Shown here in pieces: positions 43,602-54,753 of a stretch of DNA of 64,000 nt. The stretch is from an uncultured Planctomycetaceae bacterium (GTDB taxonomy: Bacteria; Planctomycetota; Planctomycetia; Planctomycetales; Planctomycetaceae): NCBI GenBank assembly GCA_963815195.1, contig CAWFGE010000008.1:384001-448000 (forward strand). Reading direction: 5' to 3'. Position numbers and translations under genes: made by a program. The stretch's first letter is position 1, and each line of letters starts with the position of its first letter. The notes under the pieces were generated by a model. That model saw only the letters and a list, made by a program, of their open reading frames with translations. It was not told the DNA's origin and did no database searches.

Positions 43602-45340
43602 CAGTTGGGGTTCCCTTCGTTACGCCACGCTTCCTTTGCTTCGCTTACTGTCTGCTGATGTGGTAACGAAGACGCGTGAGCTTTGCCCCGCTTCGGCTCC
43701 ACCGCCAAAGCAGCGTCGACAATCGTCTGCGCTTCTTCCAGGATGCGGTCCAGGTGATCCACTCCCTTGAAGCTCTCCACATAAATCTTGTAGATATTCT
43801 CGGTCCCTGACGGGCGCGCCGCGAACCAACCACTTTCGGTAATGACCTTCATCCCACCGATGGAAGCGCCGTTGCCCGGTGCGTGAGTGAAGACATTCAC
43901 GATCTTTTCGCCCGCCAGTTCGGTGAGTTTGATTTTCTCGGGCGAGAGTGTCGCCAACAGAGCCTTTTGCTCCGGGGTGGCCGGCGCCTCGACACGGTCG
44001 TAAACAGGCTCACCGAACTCGCGCGTAAGTTCCTGGTAAAGCTCGCCAGGATCGCGACCCATTCGGGCCGTGATCTCGGCCGCAAGTAAAGCCGGAATGA
44101 TTCCATCTTTGTCCGTCGTCCAGATAGTGCCGTCCAGTCGGAGGAAAGACGCTCCCGCGCTCTCTTCTCCGCCAAAGCCCAATGAACCGTCGAGCAATCC
44201 ATCCACAAACCACTTGAAGCCGACCGGTACCTCATAAAGCTTCCGCCCGAGCTTCGCAGCGACGCGATCAATCATCTGACTGCTCACCACTGTCTTGCCG
44301 ATCACCGCATCCTTGTTCCAATTCGGCCGGTGTTGGAAGAGATAGAAAATGGCGACTGAAAGGTAGTGATTGGGCGGCAGCAAGCCCGCGCTGCGGGTCA
44401 CGATTCCGTGCCGGTCATGGTCGGTATCGCAGGCGAAGGCGACGTCGAATTGGTCTTTCAGCCCGATCAACCGCGTCATCGCATAGGGCGAAGAGGGGTC
44501 CATGCGGATCTGGCCGTCCCAATCGACGGTCATGAAACGGAAGGTCGGATCGACTTCCTTGTTGACGATCGTCAGGTTCAGTCCGAATCGCTCGGCAATC
44601 GGTTCCCAGTAGTGGACCCCCGCGCCTCCGAGCGGATCGACTCCCAAGCTGATCTTCGCGCCGCGAAGGAAGTCCATATCGAGCACGTTGGCGAGATCGG
44701 CAATGTACGCATTGAGATAGTCGTGCCGGTGGGTGGTCGAGGCCCGCAGTGCTTTCTCATACGGAACTCTGCTAACGCCCCGCAAGCCGCTCTCCAGAAA
44801 TTCGTTCGCCCTCGACTCGATCCAGTTCGTGACGGCTTGTTCCGCTGGCCCGCCATGTGGCGGGTTGTACTTGAGACCGCCGTCATGGGGCGGGTTGTGT
44901 GAAGGCGTGATCACGATCCCGTCAGCGAGACCTGTTTTCCGCCTGCGGTTGTACGTCAGAATCGCGTGGGAAACGGCCGGGGTCGGGGTGTACTCATCCC
45001 CTTCTGCGAGCATGACTTCCACGCCGTTGCCGGCCAGCACCTCCAGCGTGGTGGCTGCGGCCGACACGGAGAGAGCATGCGTATCCATTCCGAGGAACAG
45101 TGGGCCGTCGATCTTTTGCTCTGCCCGATACAGGCAAACAGCCTGACTGATGGCGAGGATATGCTGCTCGTTAAAGGCCCTATCGAACGCGGAACCGCGA
45201 TGCCCCGAGGTGCCGAACGCGACCCGCTGTTCTGGCACCGAAGGATCTGGCGTCTCGACATAATAAGCCGTTACAAGTTTCGGCACATTCACCAGCATGG
45301 CAGGTTCAGCTGGTTTTCCCGCAGACGGGCTCACTTTCAT
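43601..45340 (-). CDS. pgm: Phosphoglucomutase
   Basis: FGTSGHRG, TPSHNP, DTDHDR, GGEESAG and RPSGTE motifs. Confidence 0.96.
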   Translation of the reverse strand: MKVSPSAGKPAEPAMLVNVPKLVTAYYVETPDPSVPEQRVAFGTSGHRGSAFDRAFNEQHILAISQAVCLYRAEQKIDGPLFLGMDTHALSVSAAATTLEVLAGNGVEVMLAEGDEYTPTPAVSHAILTYNRRRKTGLADGIVITPSHNPPHDGGLKYNPPHGGPAEQAVTNWIESRANEFLESGLRGVSRVPYEKALRASTTHRHDYLNAYIADLANVLDMDFLRGAKISLGVDPLGGAGVHYWEPIAERFGLNLTIVNKEVDPTFRFMTVDWDGQIRMDPSSPYAMTRLIGLKDQFDVAFACDTDHDRHGIVTRSAGLLPPNHYLSVAIFYLFQHRPNWNKDAVIGKTVVSSQMIDRVAAKLGRKLYEVPVGFKWFVDGLLDGSLGFGGEESAGASFLRLDGTIWTTDKDGIIPALLAAEITARMGRDPGELYQELTREFGEPVYDRVEAPATPEQKALLATLSPEKIKLTELAGEKIVNVFTHAPGNGASIGGMKVITESGWFAARPSGTENIYKIYVESFKGVDHLDRILEEAQTIVDAALAVEPKRGKAHASSLPHQQTVSEAKEAWRNEGNPN

Positions 45341-45838
45341 GGCAATTCCCCGACCTCCCGCGGTGACGAATCCACACAGTTTCTATCAGCTTCCCGACTC
45401 TCCAGCGCCCGCACCTTAGCCAGCCGGCGATTGTGGCGCTCGGCGCCGCTGAAAGTCGCGGCGAGAAACGTCTCGATCAGTTCGCAGGCAAGCGCAGACC
45501 CAATCACTTTTCCGCCCAGACAAATCACATTCATGTCGTCATCCTCAACGCCCTGATGCGCCGAGAAAACATCATGGATGAGCCCGGCACGCACGCCAGG
45601 AACTTTGTTCGCGGCAACGGACGCTCCCACGCCGCTGCCGCAGATCGCCACTCCGCGTTCCACCTCTCCCGCAGCGACGGCTCTGGCCAGGGGAATGATG
45701 AAGTCGGGATAGTCATCTCCGGGGGTCAGTTGGTGTGCGCCGAAGTCGACGACCTCGTACCCCGAGCCACGTAGCGACGCGGCCACCTCGCCTTTCAAAG
45801 TCAAACCCTCCGTGGTCCGCGGCGATTCCCACGCGCAT
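45337..45838 (-). pseudogene. rpiB: Ribose-5-phosphate isomerase B; one extra base near 45808 splits [11 protein letters not shown] from the rest
   Basis: ADHGG, DDYPD, ICGSGVG, ANKVPGVRA and RH.RR motifs. Confidence 0.88.
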
Positions 45839-47883
45839 CATGTTTTCTCCTGATGTTGGCGAAGCAAGTCGCGGGCTTGCCGGCAGACATTCTCTACGGT
45901 AAATCCATAGTGCTGCATCACGACCGCCCCGGGAGCAGACGCCCCGAAGGTGTCCACCCCGATCACGGTGATCTGGCGTCCGATATAGGAGTTCCAGCCG
46001 AGGGACGCGCCCGCCTCAATTGCCAACAGAGGAATTCCCGGCGGCAAGATCGTGTCACGATACTCGTCGGACTGCTTCGAGAAGACGTTTGTACTTGGCA
46101 GACTGACGACCCGGCAATGAAGGTCTTCCTTCGCCAGTTGCTCACGGGCCTCCAGCGCCAGATGGACTTCCGAGCCGGTCGCAATCAGAATGATGTCGGG
46201 AGCCGCACCCGGCGGAGAGTCCGCGAGGACATAGCCACCCAGCGGTACTCCCGCGGGGATGCCCGGATAGCGGGCCAGATCGAGCACCGGGAGCCCCTGG
46301 CGCGTCAACACGAGGGCCACGGGACCCTCCCTCCGCTCAATGGCCATCCGCCAGGCGGCAACCGTCTCGTTGGCATCTGCTGGCCGGATGACAATCATGC
46401 CGGGGATCGACCGCAATCCCAGGAGTTGTTCGACCGGCTGATGTGTCGGACCATCCTCTCCCATGGCGATGCTGTCATGGGTGAAGAGATAGATCACCGG
46501 CAGGCCGTTCATCGCCGCCAGACGCATCGGAGGACGCATATAGTCGCTGAAGACCAGGAAGGTCGCTCCAAAGGGAATGACACCGCGGTGCAATGCCATG
46601 CCATTCAGGATAGCGCCCATGGCATGCTCCCGGATGCCGAAGTGCATATTGCGTCCCGCCCGGTTGTTCGGCTCGAAGTTCCCGGCCCCGTCCATGTTCG
46701 TGTGGGTGCTGGGAGCAAGATCGGCGGAGCCTCCCATCATTTCGGGCAGCCGAGAGTTCAAAACGGCGATTGTCTTTCCCGACGCAATCCGGGTGGCCAT
46801 CGGGCCGTCGTCTGCGTTGAACGTCGGGAGAATGGCGTCCCAACCTTGCGGAAGCTGGCGCTGCATAACCCGTTGAAACTCTGCGGCGAGTTCAGGGTGT
46901 TCGTTCGCATAAGCCTCAAAACGCTGCGCCCATTCCGCCTGCTGGGCACTTCCTCGCGCGTTCGCTTCCCGGAAATGCTCCAGGGCCTCCGCAGGAATAT
47001 AGAAAGGAGGTTCCACCGGCCAGCCCATCCGCTCTTTGGTTAAACGGACCTCCTCCAAACCGAGTGGCTCCCCGTGGGCCGCCGCAGTGTCCTGTTTGTG
47101 GGGACTGCCGAAGCCGATATGGGTCCGAACTTGAATCAAGGAAGGCTGGCCCGTTTCTTTCCGGGCAGCCTGCAGCGCGAGGGTAACCGCGTCGATGTCG
47201 TTGCCATTTTCGATTCGCTGGACGTGCCAACCGAAAGCGGCGAAACGGGCCATGCGGTCTTCGGTAAAGGCCAGTTCCGTGCTGCCTTCGATCGTGATGT
47301 GGTTGTCGGCATAGAGGACGATGAGCTTGCCCAGGCGCAGGTGGCCGGCCACTGATCCGGCCTCCGAAGAGATCCCTTCCTCCAAGTCGCCATCGCTGGC
47401 CAAAACGTAGGTGTAGTGGTCGACGATTTGGTGACCGGGACGATTGAACCGCGCGGCAAGTGCCACCTCCGTGATGGCCATGCCCACGGCGTTGGCGAAG
47501 CCTTGCCCCAAGGGACCTGTGGTGGCTTCGACGCCGGGAGTCTTGCCATATTCCGGATGGCCTGGGGTACGGCTGCCCCACTGGCGAAACTTCGTGAGTT
47601 CCTCCAGCGGCAAGTCGAAGCCTGTGACATGCAGCAGCGCGTACAACAGCGCACTTCCATGTCCGGCCGAAAGCACGAAGCGGTCCCGGTCGGGCCAGAG
47701 CGGATCACGCGGGTTGAACTTGAGCACGCGATCCCAGAGCGCATAGGCCATAGCCGCCGAACCCAAGGGAAGCCCGGGGTGCCCGGAGTTGGCCTTCTGC
47801 ACCATGTCCACCGCCAGGAAGCGGAGCGTGTTGATACAAACCTCATCCAGTACGGGCGAAGAAAGATCGGTCGACGGCTTCAT
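45838..47883 (-). CDS. tkt: Transketolase
   Basis: [29 protein letters not shown] and EDGPTHQP motifs. Confidence 0.97.
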   Translation of the reverse strand: MKPSTDLSSPVLDEVCINTLRFLAVDMVQKANSGHPGLPLGSAAMAYALWDRVLKFNPRDPLWPDRDRFVLSAGHGSALLYALLHVTGFDLPLEELTKFRQWGSRTPGHPEYGKTPGVEATTGPLGQGFANAVGMAITEVALAARFNRPGHQIVDHYTYVLASDGDLEEGISSEAGSVAGHLRLGKLIVLYADNHITIEGSTELAFTEDRMARFAAFGWHVQRIENGNDIDAVTLALQAARKETGQPSLIQVRTHIGFGSPHKQDTAAAHGEPLGLEEVRLTKERMGWPVEPPFYIPAEALEHFREANARGSAQQAEWAQRFEAYANEHPELAAEFQRVMQRQLPQGWDAILPTFNADDGPMATRIASGKTIAVLNSRLPEMMGGSADLAPSTHTNMDGAGNFEPNNRAGRNMHFGIREHAMGAILNGMALHRGVIPFGATFLVFSDYMRPPMRLAAMNGLPVIYLFTHDSIAMGEDGPTHQPVEQLLGLRSIPGMIVIRPADANETVAAWRMAIERREGPVALVLTRQGLPVLDLARYPGIPAGVPLGGYVLADSPPGAAPDIILIATGSEVHLALEAREQLAKEDLHCRVVSLPSTNVFSKQSDEYRDTILPPGIPLLAIEAGASLGWNSYIGRQITVIGVDTFGASAPGAVVMQHYGFTVENVCRQARDLLRQHQEKT

Positions 47884-47897
47884 GCTGGCGATCCTTG

Positions 47898-48431
47898 TTA
47901 TACGCTCGCTTTGGCGGCCTCGGCATGGACCGTCATTGTTTGCGATTGAGTCTGATGCAGGAGATCCTTGGCACGTTGGACTTCCTCGGCCGTTCCGTGG
48001 ACGACCAGGAGAAGTTTGTCGTTCTTAATCTCGGTCTCGTATCGCAAGACGCTATCCTTCGGGATGCCGATGCTGTACAGCGCGGCGCCCAGCGCGGTGA
48101 ATCCACCCGTCACGACGGCGCCTTCGAGCGCGCCAACGATCGACATGGCGAGCGGCCCCGCCACGAGTAACGGACCAATCCCCGGCACCCAGAAGAATGC
48201 CGAACCAAACAGCAGCCCCCAGAAGCCGCCCCAGAACGCGCCCAACTTCCCCCAGTACTTCATGCGGTCGCCTGCGTTGTAGTACCCGACGACGTGTTCG
48301 TCCGTGTGGTAATCCTTGCCGACGATCGACAGCGTCTTCATATCGAAGCCGCTCTTCTGGAGTTCACGGATGGCTTCTTCCGCTTTCTCGTGAGAATGAA
48401 AGATAGCGACAGCAGCTTGTGTGTTGGACAT
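47898..48431 (-). CDS. General stress protein (YflT/DUF1269-like) membrane protein
   Basis: [13 protein letters not shown]...LSIVGKD, Gly-rich [15 protein letters not shown]...[12 protein letters not shown]. Confidence 0.75.
   Translation of the reverse strand: MSNTQAAVAIFHSHEKAEEAIRELQKSGFDMKTLSIVGKDYHTDEHVVGYYNAGDRMKYWGKLGAFWGGFWGLLFGSAFFWVPGIGPLLVAGPLAMSIVGALEGAVVTGGFTALGAALYSIGIPKDSVLRYETEIKNDKLLLVVHGTAEEVQRAKDLLHQTQSQTMTVHAEAAKASV
47960..48046 (+). repeat. 87-bp direct repeat, copy 1 (inside the stress-protein gene)
   Basis: Matches 52651-52737 with one mismatch. Confidence 0.9.
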
Positions 48432-48795
48432 GGATTGATTCCCAATGCTCTAAACTAAAGGACCGCGTTAAAAGTCTCCGATCGACCATCGATCGGACTT
48501 TAGATAGTTGTGTATGACATCCGTCAAGTAACGACGCGTGAGGATGACAGGTTGGAAGCTAAATGCGGCGTATGTATTTGAAGTCACTGATGATGGGACT
48601 CCGCTTCCCAAAGTAAAAAGGCGCCACGGTCCGCAACCCGAGAATTCCGCTCGCATCGTTACTCGCTCATCACGACATTCGGAACCTCCATACCAAGCGA
48701 CGGCAACAACCGTCTTTTGTGGGTTGTAGGAAACCTCGATCTCTTTGCCAACGATTGCCCGGCCCAAGACCGGTGCCCGCTTCTTGTAGCAGAGG

Positions 48796-49663
48796 TCACG
48801 CGGCGGGTTGGCACATCTGGTCAACGGATGTTGCGGGGACGCCGAGTTCGGTGGCGACCGCGTCGACCGCTTGCCGGGCGACGTTGAGGTCGACCCGACC
48901 GTCGGAGCTGTAATAGGGGCCGATGTAACGTTCGTAGAATTGCTGAACTTCATCACGAGTCAACCGGTTGAGGAACAAGGCGATATAGTCGATGGCCAAC
49001 TGGGGTCGTTCGGCGATTGTGAGAAGGGCGCGCTGGTTGGCGCCGCACTAGGGCCTTTAGCGCCGGCGTGTCGAGCGGGATCCGAGCGGGGTCCACGACG
49101 ATTCCCACGGTGGGGATCTGGAAATGGTCGCCGACCCACGACAGGACCGAAAAGCCCTCCTCGCGGGCAACCTGTTCAGGTGAAAGGGTGCTGCCCACGT
49201 AGGCCGCATCCATCGAACCGTCGCGAAGGCGCCGCAGATCCATCTGGTAGTCACCCGGGAATCGCGGCACGCATTGCAAGTCGTGATCGGGGTCGAGACC
49301 GTGCTTACGCAGCACGATCCGCGCAAAACAGCCGGGTGCGGTGCGGGGTGGGTGGACCGCGAGTCGGCGTCCCCTCAGATCCTCCATGGACTTCACCTCG
49401 CCACGCCCGATGAACCAGAACAGCGGATGATGAGTGTTGACGGCCAGCGCAGTCCATTGGATGCCATCGGTCAGCCGCGACAACAAGGTCCGGCCCAAAC
49501 CGATGGTTGCGCCGCCGCCCAGGCGCTCGATGTCCCACTTGATTCCGTCGCGGACGGCGACGTGGATACCTTCCTCCTCGAAATATCCCTCCTGATCGGC
49601 CACATACGCGATCAGTTCTTCGTGGATACCACGCCCTACGTAGGCCAGATCGATTGTGTTCAT
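48796..49663 (-). pseudogene. ABC transporter substrate-binding protein (NMT1/SsuA-like), frameshift near 49040
   Basis: YVADQEGYFEEEG, VKSMEDLRGRRLA, KHGLDP; C-terminus continues in ORF 48796-48999. Confidence 0.75.
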
Positions 49664-49950
49664 GGGGATCGCCCTTCTCCTTATCTCGGAATGTGCGCTC
49701 GCGCACGTCGTGTTCAGTCCATTGCCAGGCCGCCGTTGACCGGAAGGTAATGGCCAGTGGTGAAACCAGAATCCTCACTTGCCAAGAACGCCACCGTCTT
49801 GGCGACATCGTCGGGACGGACCAGCCGTCGCATCGGCGCGGCCGCGGCTAACTCGCGCAACCGCTCGGCCGTGAATTGCTCGGTAACCCTGGTTCCCTCC
49901 ACCGTGGCCGGTGCGACGAGGTTGGCGGTAACCCCGTGCGGTGCCAGCTC

Positions 49951-51420
49951 CCACCCCTTTCAACATGTTAGATTTTTGCTATAAGTCGCTTCTACAGGGA
50001 TTGTTGTATCAAACCTTATGGAGGCGGCAAGGATGTGGCCCGACGCTGTGCTTGATCGTTTTGTGGAACAATGTCCAGCAGCAGTGATGGTTCGAGCGAC
50101 GCTCGAGAATCTTGTGTCGCCGGATCGCCTGGATGAGATTTTCGCCGACGCTTCGCAGAGACAATACGAGAAAGAATTGCTGTTTTCGCAAGTGGTGGCC
50201 CTGATGATGGGCGTGGCGACGCGGACGCACAAGTCGGTCCATGCCGGGTACTTGGCGGCCAAGGAGCAACTGGCGGTTTCGCCGGCCGCACTTTATGGCA
50301 AGTTGAACCGTCTGGAACCCGGCCTTTCGGCGACGATGATCCGGGAAACGAGCCAGGACGCGGCTCAAGTCATCGATTCCATGCCGGGAGCGTGCCGCGA
50401 ACTTTTGCCGGGCTATCACGTGCAGTATTTGGATGGGAATCATTTGGCGGCGACTGAGCATCGGCTGGCGGAATTGCGCGTCACGCGGGAAGGCCCTTTG
50501 CCCGGCCAGACCCTGGCGCTTCTGGATGCGCAGCGGGATCTGATTTCGGAACTGCTTCCGTGTGAAGACGGCCATGCCCAGGAACGTTCGCTTCTGCCGG
50601 AGCTTCTGGAATGGATCCGGGCCGAGACAGTGACAATCGCCGACCGGAACTTCTGCACGACCAAGTTTCTGTTTGGAATTGTCAAGCAGTCGGCCTACTT
50701 TGTCATTCGCCAACACGCTTCGACACTCACCTGGAAACTCGTCGGTCGCCGGAAACGCATCGGACGCATCGAAACGGGTGTTGTTTTCGAGCAGTCGGCC
50801 GAGCTGTCCCAGGGTGAAGAGACGTTGCGAGTCCGGCGGATCACCATCCAATTGGATACGCCCACAGAGAATGGTGACACTGAGATTCACATCCTGACCA
50901 ACTTGCCTGTCAAAGTCGCCAATGCGCGAAAAGTGGCTTTTCTGTATCGCAAGCGCTGGACGATTGAAGAAGCCTTCCAAACTCTGACCGAGGTGTTGCG
51001 CTGCGAAGTGGAGACGCTGGGCTACCCCAAGGCGGCGCTGTTCGCCTTCGCCACGGCGGTTTTGGCTTATAACACCTATGCCGTGGTGAAAGCGGCGCTG
51101 CGATCGGTTCACGGTGAAGAAACGATCGATGAAGAGCTGTCGGACTACCACCTGACGCAGGACGTGACTGCCACGACGGTGGGCATGAACATTGCCGTGG
51201 ACGCCGAAGCCTGGCAACACTATCAAATCATGTCTGCTGGAAAACTTGCGAGCGAGTTGGTGCGACTTGCTACACGCATCGACTTGACGCGTTACCCCAA
51301 AAAGAAACGCGGGCCGAAAAAACCACAGCCTCGAAAAAAGAGCGGCAAACGGAATCACCATATCTCCACCGCGCGAACTCTGGCCAAATCCAGGGGTAAG
51401 TGACATGTTGAAAGGGGTGG
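49951..51420 (+). mobile_element. Complete IS4-family insertion sequence
   Basis: 18-bp perfect TIR CCACCCCTTTCAACATGT; target duplication GTGCCAGCTC at 49941-49950 and 51421-51430 (12 bp if the terminal C/G is assigned to the target). Confidence 0.93.
50018..51403 (+). CDS. IS4-family DDE transposase
   Basis: LDGNHL, IADRNF, FVIR, ILTNL and YRKRWTIEEAF (YREK) motifs; intact 461 aa. Confidence 0.92.
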   Translation: MEAARMWPDAVLDRFVEQCPAAVMVRATLENLVSPDRLDEIFADASQRQYEKELLFSQVVALMMGVATRTHKSVHAGYLAAKEQLAVSPAALYGKLNRLEPGLSATMIRETSQDAAQVIDSMPGACRELLPGYHVQYLDGNHLAATEHRLAELRVTREGPLPGQTLALLDAQRDLISELLPCEDGHAQERSLLPELLEWIRAETVTIADRNFCTTKFLFGIVKQSAYFVIRQHASTLTWKLVGRRKRIGRIETGVVFEQSAELSQGEETLRVRRITIQLDTPTENGDTEIHILTNLPVKVANARKVAFLYRKRWTIEEAFQTLTEVLRCEVETLGYPKAALFAFATAVLAYNTYAVVKAALRSVHGEETIDEELSDYHLTQDVTATTVGMNIAVDAEAWQHYQIMSAGKLASELVRLATRIDLTRYPKKKRGPKKPQPRKKSGKRNHHISTARTLAKSRGK

Positions 51421-52650
51421 GTGCCAGCTCCATAGCGACGTACCGTACGAACTGGTCCAGGGCGGCCTTCGCGGTGCCCAGCGTGATCATCCCCTCACGC
51501 GCATGACGCGATAGCCCGGTACTCAGATAGATCAGCCGACCGTATCCGCGCGAAACCATTCCCGGTACAACGGTCTTCGTTATCAGGAACGCGGCACGCA
51601 GCTCGCTGTCCAGCTTGCCGCCGAGCTGCTCCCAGCTCAATTCGGCAAACGAGGTGACGGCAAACGGAATCAACGCGCTGTGCACGAGCACATCGCTCCC
51701 CCCCACCGCTGATCGATTTCATCGACCATGGCGGTGACGTCGTTGGGCACGGTGACATCGGCTTTAATCGCCACGGCTTCGCCGCCGGCCGCGGCGATGG
51801 TCGCCACCACCTCCTCGGCCTCTGATGCACTGGCGCGGTAGTTGACGACCACCCGATACCCGTGTTCGGCCAGTACCAATGCGGTCGCCGCACCGATTCC
51901 TCGGCTGGCTCCCGTGATCAAGGCGACTCGTACCATCGTCTTTACCTCCTCTTTAGGCTGGCTCCGTTCTCTTGAGGCCCCTCAAGGGCCGTTTTTGCAA
52001 ATGGCGTTTCGCGTAAGCCGCTCACGCCACCCAATTCTCGGACGCCGATCGCTTCGATGACTATTGGATCCCGCTCGGATTCAAGCGAGCGGGATGCGAC
52101 TTCCAGTTATGCGACGTCAGGACCATGAAAGTCTTTGTCGTACTTTCTCCCGTGCTTGAGCGAGTCATGGCTTTCTCCTTCTGAGCTGGGTTAAGAATTC
52201 GAATTTCCACTGGCTTAACGAAATGGGCGAAACGCCGCCCGGAGTTCTTCGTTGGAGCGCTGTGCCTGCTCCCACGCCGCGAAGTGATCCGATTCAATCG
52301 GATGACTCACCACGCTGTTCATGTTACGAGCTGCAAGAAAAAGAAACTATTGGGGCTCTTCCGGAAAATAGGGGGGGGCAGATCAGTATTCGATCATTGG
52401 TTCACTATCGGCAGCGTTTGTGTTTGGCAGATTTCGACCTCAGCTCAGGCTCAACAAACGGGGGCCGCCCCGTCCGTCCCGCCGTCGCCTCGACCTTCAG
52501 GGCTGGGGCGAAAGGCCGAGGCGACGGCGAGACGAACGGGGCTAACGACTCGATTTGACGCAAGTGAATGGGGTTTTTCATCTTGTCAGCGTTCCATCTC
52601 CAAAATAGCTCGGACCTAAGCTCTACCCCCCTATTTGTGCCGGATGAGCC

Positions 52651-52737
52651 GGAGATCCTTGGCACGTTGGGCTTCCTCGGCCGTTCCGTGGACGACCAGG
52701 AGAAGTTTGTCGTTCTTAATCTCGGTCTCGTATCGCA
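52651..52737 (+). repeat. 87-bp direct repeat, copy 2 (orphan piece of the stress-protein gene)
   Basis: Matches 47960-48046 with one mismatch. Confidence 0.9.
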
Positions 52738-52778
52738 GAGTCCTCAATTCGTGTTGAATTCCGTACGGGTTGAATCCT

Positions 52779-53744
52779 TCAGGCCGGGGCAGCCCTTGCG
52801 GGCAAAGATTTCTCAGACGCCTTGTCCACGGTGTCGTGGCTGGAAGCCGAGTCGAATTGCATGCGGCGCTGCGGATCGGGTTCCGACCGACCGTTGCCCT
52901 GGTGACGACTGTGAGACACCGCGTGGACCGCATCCATGACATCGATCGGAATAGCCAACACCACCGTATTCGAAGAGGTGGGGCCTAACCCGTCGATGGT
53001 CTGCAGAGTTCGCAACTGCATCGCACCGGGACTGGCCGCCATCGTTTTGGCTGCCGCCGCCAGGTTGGTGGATGCCTCGCGATCTCCTTCAGCTTTGGTG
53101 ATCGTCGCGCGTTTCTCACGTTCGGCTGACGCCTGGCGCGACATCATCTTCTTGAGTTCCTCGGGCATATTGATGTCCTGGATCCGGATTCCGGTGACCT
53201 CCAAGCCCCATCCCTCAATGTCTTTCTCCACGTTGTCCGCGATCGCCTTGCCAATCGCTTCTCGCTCGACCAGCAGTTGGTCCAAGGACATTTGACCGAT
53301 GACGTCCCGCAAAGAGGTTTGCGCGTATTGCGAAAGGGCATAGGTGTAGCTTTGCACCTTGATAATCGCATCTGCCACATTGTCGACCTTGAAAAAGAAA
53401 ACCCCGTTGATCGTCACCGGGACGTTATCTTTCGTGATGACCTGCTGGGCGGGGATGTCCGTGGCGCGAATCCGGATATCAACCATGCGGACTTGATCGA
53501 CGAGCGGAATGATCAGGAACAGTCCCGGGCCACGGATGCTGTGGTATTTGCCCAACCGGAACACCACCCCTTGTTCCCACTGCGCGGCCAACTTGATGCT
53601 GGACGCGGCGACGATTGTCCCCACCAACCAAATCGCGGCAAACACCATTGCCCAAAGTGGACTGGTCAGTTCGATCAATAGACCCGCCGCGGCGCCAATG
53701 AGCATCAAGACCACGAACACGAGGCCCGAAATGTAGTTGATCAT
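52779..53744 (-). CDS. Slipin/stomatin (SPFH, band 7) membrane protein
   Basis: GVVFRLG..GPGL, QQVITKDNV, AQTSLRDVIG, AEREKRA and AMQLRTLQT motifs; GGAGG RBS. Confidence 0.92.
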   Translation of the reverse strand: MINYISGLVFVVLMLIGAAAGLLIELTSPLWAMVFAAIWLVGTIVAASSIKLAAQWEQGVVFRLGKYHSIRGPGLFLIIPLVDQVRMVDIRIRATDIPAQQVITKDNVPVTINGVFFFKVDNVADAIIKVQSYTYALSQYAQTSLRDVIGQMSLDQLLVEREAIGKAIADNVEKDIEGWGLEVTGIRIQDINMPEELKKMMSRQASAEREKRATITKAEGDREASTNLAAAAKTMAASPGAMQLRTLQTIDGLGPTSSNTVVLAIPIDVMDAVHAVSHSRHQGNGRSEPDPQRRMQFDSASSHDTVDKASEKSLPARAAPA

Positions 53745-53786
53745 GCAAACCTCCAAGTGGGTGCCGTTGATCCCGGCACGCGCACG

Positions 53787-53841
53787 AAAAAAGCCGACGT
53801 GGTGGAAGATCCAAGAGATGGACTTTCCACCACGTCGGCTT
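53787..53841 (-). terminator. Intrinsic terminator within the 5' leader of the stomatin gene (attenuator candidate)
   Basis: 17-bp perfect stem AAGCCGACGTGGTGGAA/TTCCACCACGTCGGCTT with T6 on the minus strand, about 45 bp upstream of the start codon, and no minus-strand gene ending here. Confidence 0.75.
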
Positions 53842-54090
53842 ACTCAATAACGCGCCTCCCGCAAAAGCGCGAGCTGCGATTTATCACGTCATCCGAAAAG
53901 GTTGCGGGGCTACGTCACATTGAACGGCGCTCGCGACAGCAGTTATCATAGGGGCGACATTCCGAATGGACAAGGGGGCGCACGTCTTTCTTTCGACTCT
54001 TCAACTCGCCAAAATGGATGCAGCTCGTTTTCTGGGACCTGGCGGTTTCAGGATCCGCTCGTAGCAAAGACGTCTCAATGGGAACGGATT

Positions 54091-54477
54091 ATGGCCATGA
54101 AAACCCGCGGGGAACTTGAAGCGGCCATCAGCGACGGAGTCAGTCGTTTCGAGCAGGATTACTTCGGCCGGGGGCCGCAGCACATTCATGCCCACCTGAT
54201 CGGCGATCTTCTCGTCATCCGTTTGCAGGGCGTGCTGACGTCTGCGGAACAGCACCTCGTCAAGACGCTCCCGGTGGAAAAAGGGCGGAATCTGTTGAAA
54301 GAAGTTCGGACTCAGTTGATTGAAACAGCCCGGCCCGCTCTGGAATCGTTGGTTCAAGACGTCACCGGCGTCAAACCCCGGAGCTTGCACCACGACATCA
54401 GCACCGTCACCGGCGAAGAGATCCTGGTTTTTGCGCTGGAGGAGGCACCTCGTTGTCGCGAAGCGAAGAAAAAGTAG
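54091..54477 (+). CDS. DUF2294 (MpsC-like) protein
   Basis: KTRGELEAAIS...FEQDYFGRGP...GVLT.AEQHL...GR.LLKEVR..L...SLHHDISTVTGEEILVF. Confidence 0.85.
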   Translation: MAMKTRGELEAAISDGVSRFEQDYFGRGPQHIHAHLIGDLLVIRLQGVLTSAEQHLVKTLPVEKGRNLLKEVRTQLIETARPALESLVQDVTGVKPRSLHHDISTVTGEEILVFALEEAPRCREAKKK

Positions 54478-54753
54478 CCCTCGTCGTCGATGGCACCGTC
54501 GCGGCAACCGTAGGTTGAACGTCTGGAGGGGCTGCCCATGGCGCTTTCCCGCGGTGGAACGGCCATCCGTGCCCAGCGCGATTATCCCCCGGGGCATTGC
54601 ATCTGATCCGTTCGATGATGATCTCGCCGCGAATCCCGTTCCTTGAGACCTCAATGTCTCGCCCTCATAAATTGCGGGTCTGTCTCGCCTTCATAACCTC
54701 CGGGTCGCCAGTTTCGCACTTTTTCCTGGGTAATGAGCGTAGAGACATGGAGA

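Larger units (their letters stand above)
49714..51936 (-). pseudogene. SDR-family oxidoreductase interrupted by IS4, plus a frameshift in a G-run near 51700
   Basis: ALITGASRGIG N-terminus; MELAP|HGVTANLVAP split by the IS; C-terminal VNGG. Confidence 0.88.

Noticed and set aside
50009..51706. 565-aa ORF as a long SDR
   Set aside because: SDR middle part reading through the antisense strand of the IS4 transposase.
52061..52620. Small ORFs, including a KTFMVLTSH motif reminiscent of DJ-1/PfpI proteins
   Set aside because: The similarity covers only a few residues, which is not enough support.
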